From IMG/VR virus record IMGVR_UViG_3300029305_005280: a stretch of DNA of 64,000 nt; one strand, given 5' to 3'. Numbering within the stretch: the stretch's first letter is position 1; each line of letters begins with the position of its first letter. A program made the translations under genes and the position numbers. Origin of the DNA: a virus (taxonomy: Duplodnaviria > Caudoviricetes). Below, piece by piece: positions 59,483 to 64,000 of the stretch. The notes under the pieces are model-generated. The model was not told the origin of the DNA. It made no database searches and saw only the letters and a list, made by a program, of their open reading frames with translations.

Positions 59483-62395
59483 ATGAGTAATGAATTACAA
59501 AGATTTCTTGATAACGTTAGAACACTACATGAACTCAATGTTCAAAAAGAAGATTTAAAAATTGATATAATTGATTCAAATTCAAAAACTTTAGATGAAG
59601 ATATTGCAAGTGTATTGCCTTCTTGTTTAGATGACTCAAATAATTACAAGCAAGAATATGCAAATAATATTGTGTACTTACCTAGAGGTTTGTATACTAT
59701 TACAAAACCTATTACTTTAAAAGGACGTAATATTAAATTTATATGTGAGGGTACACTGAAATATACAGGAAATGATTGTGCTGTTAGAATTCATTGTGAC
59801 CAGAGCGATATCTTTATTGAAGGTGTACAAGTTACAAACCCTAATGCAATAGGCATTGATATCACACCTTATTTCTACGGCGATGAACCTTATGCAGGAA
59901 CTGGATTTATTGACGGCGTAGATTCAGATTACTTTACTGCATCTAATACAACTCCAATAAATAAGATTTCAAGTGTTAAACATACCAAGCCCGCTCAAAA
60001 TAATATCACTGTAAACTATGTGCATAGTTATGAGGGCTACTATCAAGATGAAATACCACAGGGCGCCGCATCGGTTTTTATCAAACCTGAACATCAATTG
60101 TACTTGAGCAAGGTTCAGTTTGCTTATATGGAAGAAGGCAAAGAAAAGTGGACTGAATGGGAATCTGTGTTTGGTAATTACAGCATACAAGTGCCTGATG
60201 ACGAACGTTCTTACACCTTTTACAAATATTCTTACAAATATTACCCTTCTATTGGCATACGTTTGTATATACCTAATTATCCTTTGGGTAGTAATGATAG
60301 CGGTGCTGGTATTACATATAATAATATAAAAGGTAAGAATATAAGAGGAAATATTATTGGTGTTTCAGTTGATTGTCAAAGTAAACCTGGGTATATTAAC
60401 TGTAATAGATTTAATATTGATTCAATTAGAAGTTCTCATCTTGGGTTGAATTTAAATACAGAAGTATATGACAGTGCGGAACATTATTCAGATGGCACTC
60501 TTACTTCGGGTGAAGGCGGAACTAACTATTGTTATTTTGACCATTTGAATATTGAAAATCTCAATGGAAACTCAAGTATTGTAGTTCCTAAATACAATGG
60601 AGCTGAAAGTGCTTATGAACATATTATTTCAAATCTTGATATACTGGAAAAAGATTATACTATAGAAGTAGAGATTGCTCGTAAATCATGTTTTCAGTCA
60701 CGCCTTGAATACCTTAGAAATCTTGATATGTTATCAGTTGTAGATAGTAACAATGTGACACAACTGGGTATCTTGAATAAACAGATGCTGGAAACAATAG
60801 CACGTTACCTGTATCTTGACCCCAATGGAGTTGATAGTATTGAATCAAGCATTAAAGGAAAAGCTGAAAATTCAGAGCTTTTCAATATCATTGGCATTGA
60901 GTATGCTCATATTATGAGACTTTGTAAGTATGGAACGTTCATAAATTTCAAAGAAACACATTACAATACATTAGATTATGTAAAATGCATTCTAGGTGAA
61001 TCTACAAATACAACTAAATCATTTGCATTCAGAAAAAATTCTAAATATAATTCAATCAATACTGCAAATACTGATTTGGATACAATATATCTTGGTGGTA
61101 TAGGTAGTGACTGTAAATATAATCGCATAACAGGTGGACTAAGAATGTTTTCAGACCACATTGTGGGCGAAGTTATACTAAACTCAAAAGGATTTCAATA
61201 TACCGCTGAATCAATTGCACCAATAAAGATTTCATCTTCAAATCTTTACAGTTCTGATAAGATTACAATCAATGATAATCAGTATGATTGTTATAGAATA
61301 AATACCAATCTATTTTCAAACAGAACACCATATCTGATATCATTTCCTGATGATACTCTTAAAAATGCGTACATTCAGCTGATGGAACAGTATATGAATG
61401 ATGAAACACCTTTAAGATTGATATATAATTCAAACACGATACCTAAAGGATTTGTGGATAAGTATAGCAATGTAATACTTGATTCATCAGATATTCCTGA
61501 AACTACAAAAAATATTACTATGCAGTATCTTTATGATGCATTCTACAAACCACACGCTTTTATTCCATATAGTGTCAGATATGATAGCTCTGCAGATAGA
61601 TGGGTAAATGAGGGTATACCAACTACTATGACAGCACGCAAGCCTGGTAATAGTCTAGAATATTACTGTTTATACATTCCAGACGAGTATAGTTATTTAC
61701 ATGTTGATGGTAATGTGTTTACTAAAGTTTCTTCGATTGATGAGGCTACAAAATTTGCATATATTATAGACTATATCAATGAACTCTCAGGTATATCAAC
61801 GAGAAGTTACTTTGGAATTGTTGATGGAAATTCAGCAGACGAAAGTACAAAAATTACAGTCAATGGAAAGCAAGTTTTACCTCCTTTAACAATACATATA
61901 GACTCACTTTCTTTCATAGATTATATGCACAATGCAGAAGTTTATTCACGTAGTTCACTGTCAGAAACACCCTCATATGTTGGAACTGAACACGTGTTTG
62001 ACGATTCTTTGGATTATTTTATAAGAGAGCCAAGTGATATTGTCAGTTCAGAAGAATTATTAAATTATCAATTTGTTATTATCAATGGCAACGGTTCTAC
62101 AATAGAACCTACATCATCAATCGAGTGGGACGAATCTTGTAAATATACCGGTCTTGTACATGTAAACAAGTGTCAACGTGTATGGTTTGACCCTCAAAAA
62201 CAATTATTATATTTTACAGAATCATACTTGCAAGACAAAGACACATGTGCATACAGGTCAGTAATTTTAATTCCTGAGGAAAGAACAATTGAAATTGTAA
62301 ATGAAGATGGAAGTCATTCTTCGTTCACAGGTGTTACTTTCACTCATGATTATAATTTTAATAAAACAACATATTGGGATATCCAATATGATTAA
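59483..62395 (+). CDS. Large beta-helix / tailspike-like protein
   Basis: VYLPRGLYTITKPITL pectate-lyase-3-like start; Asn/Ile-rich repeats; GAAAGGA SD before ATG 59483. Confidence 0.5.
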   Translation: MSNELQRFLDNVRTLHELNVQKEDLKIDIIDSNSKTLDEDIASVLPSCLDDSNNYKQEYANNIVYLPRGLYTITKPITLKGRNIKFICEGTLKYTGNDCAVRIHCDQSDIFIEGVQVTNPNAIGIDITPYFYGDEPYAGTGFIDGVDSDYFTASNTTPINKISSVKHTKPAQNNITVNYVHSYEGYYQDEIPQGAASVFIKPEHQLYLSKVQFAYMEEGKEKWTEWESVFGNYSIQVPDDERSYTFYKYSYKYYPSIGIRLYIPNYPLGSNDSGAGITYNNIKGKNIRGNIIGVSVDCQSKPGYINCNRFNIDSIRSSHLGLNLNTEVYDSAEHYSDGTLTSGEGGTNYCYFDHLNIENLNGNSSIVVPKYNGAESAYEHIISNLDILEKDYTIEVEIARKSCFQSRLEYLRNLDMLSVVDSNNVTQLGILNKQMLETIARYLYLDPNGVDSIESSIKGKAENSELFNIIGIEYAHIMRLCKYGTFINFKETHYNTLDYVKCILGESTNTTKSFAFRKNSKYNSINTANTDLDTIYLGGIGSDCKYNRITGGLRMFSDHIVGEVILNSKGFQYTAESIAPIKISSSNLYSSDKITINDNQYDCYRINTNLFSNRTPYLISFPDDTLKNAYIQLMEQYMNDETPLRLIYNSNTIPKGFVDKYSNVILDSSDIPETTKNITMQYLYDAFYKPHAFIPYSVRYDSSADRWVNEGIPTTMTARKPGNSLEYYCLYIPDEYSYLHVDGNVFTKVSSIDEATKFAYIIDYINELSGISTRSYFGIVDGNSADESTKITVNGKQVLPPLTIHIDSLSFIDYMHNAEVYSRSSLSETPSYVGTEHVFDDSLDYFIREPSDIVSSEELLNYQFVIINGNGSTIEPTSSIEWDESCKYTGLVHVNKCQRVWFDPQKQLLYFTESYLQDKDTCAYRSVILIPEERTIEIVNEDGSHSSFTGVTFTHDYNFNKTTYWDIQYD

Positions 62396-62526
62396 AATTC
62401 CTTTCTATTATATTTTAAAAAGCACAATGCATTTTTTGCATTGTGCTTTTTATGTTTAACATAATTGTATAAAATAAGTGAGGAAATGAAATCCTCCGTG
62501 ACTACATACTGTTGAGGTGAGTAAAA

Positions 62527-62769
62527 ATGAAAGATAAAAAGAAAGTATCAAATATAATGTTAGTATTGATTGTTTTAGCAATTGTATTATACACTATAGC
62601 TGATTTCGTACTACAATATTTTACAAGTATTGAAGTTAGTCCAACCTTAACAACTTGTTGGTTTGCTTTCTGGGGTACTGAAATAATTGCATTAGCAGCA
62701 ATCAAAACCTCAAAAGTAAAACACAATAAAGATAACACTGAGGATAATACTACAAATGGAGAAGAATAA
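62527..62769 (+). CDS. Holin-like membrane protein
   Basis: Two TM helices, P.TLTTCWFAFWG.E motif, charged tail. Confidence 0.65.
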   Translation: MKDKKKVSNIMLVLIVLAIVLYTIADFVLQYFTSIEVSPTLTTCWFAFWGTEIIALAAIKTSKVKHNKDNTEDNTTNGEE

Positions 62770-62770
62770 G

Positions 62771-62980
62771 ATGACTACAAAAGAAAAAATTATCAGCAAA
62801 TTAACATCTAGAAAATTTTGGATTTCAGTAGCAACTTTTGTATTAGGTGCAGCTATGGCATTTGGTGTAAAAGAATCTGATATTACTAATATTATTGGTG
62901 TTCTAACATCACTTGTTTCTGCCATTACTTATACTGTAAGTGAAGCAGTTGTAGATGCAAAAGCAGCAAAGAAGGAATAA
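62771..62980 (+). CDS. Holin
   Basis: KLTSRKFW, two TM helices, Y..SEA.VD. Confidence 0.75.
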   Translation: MTTKEKIISKLTSRKFWISVATFVLGAAMAFGVKESDITNIIGVLTSLVSAITYTVSEAVVDAKAAKKE

Positions 62981-63023
62981 ATTTTTGTAATAAAAATTTA
63001 ATATAGAAAGGATATTTTGTTTT

Positions 63024-63905
63024 ATGGCTATTTTTAGAGGTACAGTAGACCAGATAGAAAATACTGCAAATAAAGTTGCATCTATTACAGCCGATAGTAC
63101 CAATACACAGTATCCTGGCGCCAAAGCAGTTTACGATTTAGTAGGAGCAATTACTAACAATACTGCAGGTACTCACAACTCTATTTTTAGAGGTAAGTAT
63201 CTTGGTGACAGCGTAACAGCAGCACAATGGGCTGCAATTGAAGCAGGTACATTTGAGGACCTTTGGATTGGTGACTATTGGACAATCGGTGGTGTTAACT
63301 ATCGTATTGCAGCATTTGACTACTATTTGAATGATTACTATGGTGATGACAAAACAACAAAGCATCATGTAACAATCGTTCCTGACACTTGCCCCGATGG
63401 ACAATACCATTGTATGCATAGTAATTATGAGGAAGGAACAAGTAAAGGATATACAAATTCAGACGTTAAGAAAACTGAATTAGCTTCAACTGTTACAATC
63501 ATTGAAAATGCTTTTACTGCAAATCACATTTTACAGCATTATGTTATGTTATGCACTGCAGCAAGCGGTGGTAAGCCTTCTTCATGTACTTGGGTCAATA
63601 CAAAAGTTGACCTTATGAATGAGGTTATGGTATTTGGTACACATATGTTATCAGCTCAAGGTGCAACTTATGGTTATTACAATACAGGTACATCTTGTTT
63701 AACACAGTTACCATTATTTGCATTAGCACCTGAATTTATCAACGGTGAAAAGATTTACAGTGAGCAGGAAATTTATGGTTATTGGTTAAGAGACATAGTT
63801 GATGAATACTGCTTCGCCTACGTGGACACGTACGACGGTAGTGCGAGCTGCTTCGTCGCCGACGGCGGCGGCTTCGGGTTCCGGCCCTCTTTCAATATCT
63901 GTTAA
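63024..63905 (+). CDS. Fibre-tip/receptor-binding protein with a DUF6273/C-lectin-like domain; probable DGR target
   Basis: IGDYWTIGG..YRIA, YWLRD...FAYV...G.A....A....GFRPSFNI C-terminus. Confidence 0.75.
   Translation: MAIFRGTVDQIENTANKVASITADSTNTQYPGAKAVYDLVGAITNNTAGTHNSIFRGKYLGDSVTAAQWAAIEAGTFEDLWIGDYWTIGGVNYRIAAFDYYLNDYYGDDKTTKHHVTIVPDTCPDGQYHCMHSNYEEGTSKGYTNSDVKKTELASTVTIIENAFTANHILQHYVMLCTAASGGKPSSCTWVNTKVDLMNEVMVFGTHMLSAQGATYGYYNTGTSCLTQLPLFALAPEFINGEKIYSEQEIYGYWLRDIVDEYCFAYVDTYDGSASCFVADGGGFGFRPSFNIC
63807..63893 (+). repeat. Putative DGR variable region (VR)
   Basis: Abrupt GC-rich patch of mostly NNC codons at the gene 3' end in an otherwise AT-rich genome. Confidence 0.7.
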
Positions 63906-63907
63906 TC

Positions 63908-63930
63908 TCCATACCCTTTACGGGTATGGG
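63908..63930 (+). promoter_or_regulatory. GC-rich hairpin just downstream of the VR (DGR homing hairpin candidate)
   Basis: TCCATACCC-TTTAC-GGGTATGGG with no U-tract, 2 nt after the stop codon. Confidence 0.6.
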
Positions 63931-64000
63931 AACAGATGTAATATACTAAAAGAAAACTAATGATTATATGATGGAGATAGAAAACATTGTCAAGAGTACA

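Overview
This 64-kb window is part of a large, AT-rich dsDNA phage genome, probably infecting a gut or rumen Firmicute (SigA-type promoters, strong SD sequences, HPr-like and cell-wall hydrolase genes). Essentially all genes are on the + strand and use the standard genetic code. Layout: (1) 1-8.6 kb is an RNA-rich region with 12 intact tRNAs, several tRNA-like remnants, a 659-nt end-paired ncRNA (ROOL/GOLLD-class candidate), a C1 peptidase, a CHAP protein and a Ro60/TROVE gene. (2) 8.6-40.7 kb holds dozens of small early genes behind a 19-copy promoter (TAGTTGAnn-N17-TATAAT), including thyX and a dispersed tRNA/RNA-repair toolkit (Thg1-like, Pnk-HD, RlaP-like NTase, metallophosphoesterase, cyclic-phosphate receiver). 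(3) 40.8-64 kb holds acidic putative head-cargo proteins, a modular tail-fibre cluster, endolysin and holins, and a probable DGR target gene. Top finding: directly after the Ro60 gene lies a tandem array of five Y-RNA-like genes (7552-8274). They share one scaffold (covarying terminal stem, GA(T/A)GCAG, second stem, TTACTTC, ATTCTC). Each carries a different insert. Four inserts are tRNA-derived: two circularly permuted tRNAs and anticodon stem-loops for Ser-UGA, Lys-UUU, Leu-UAA, Asn-GUU and Pro-UGG. The fifth has no clear tRNA arm. All assignments are from reading motifs by eye; no database searches were run.
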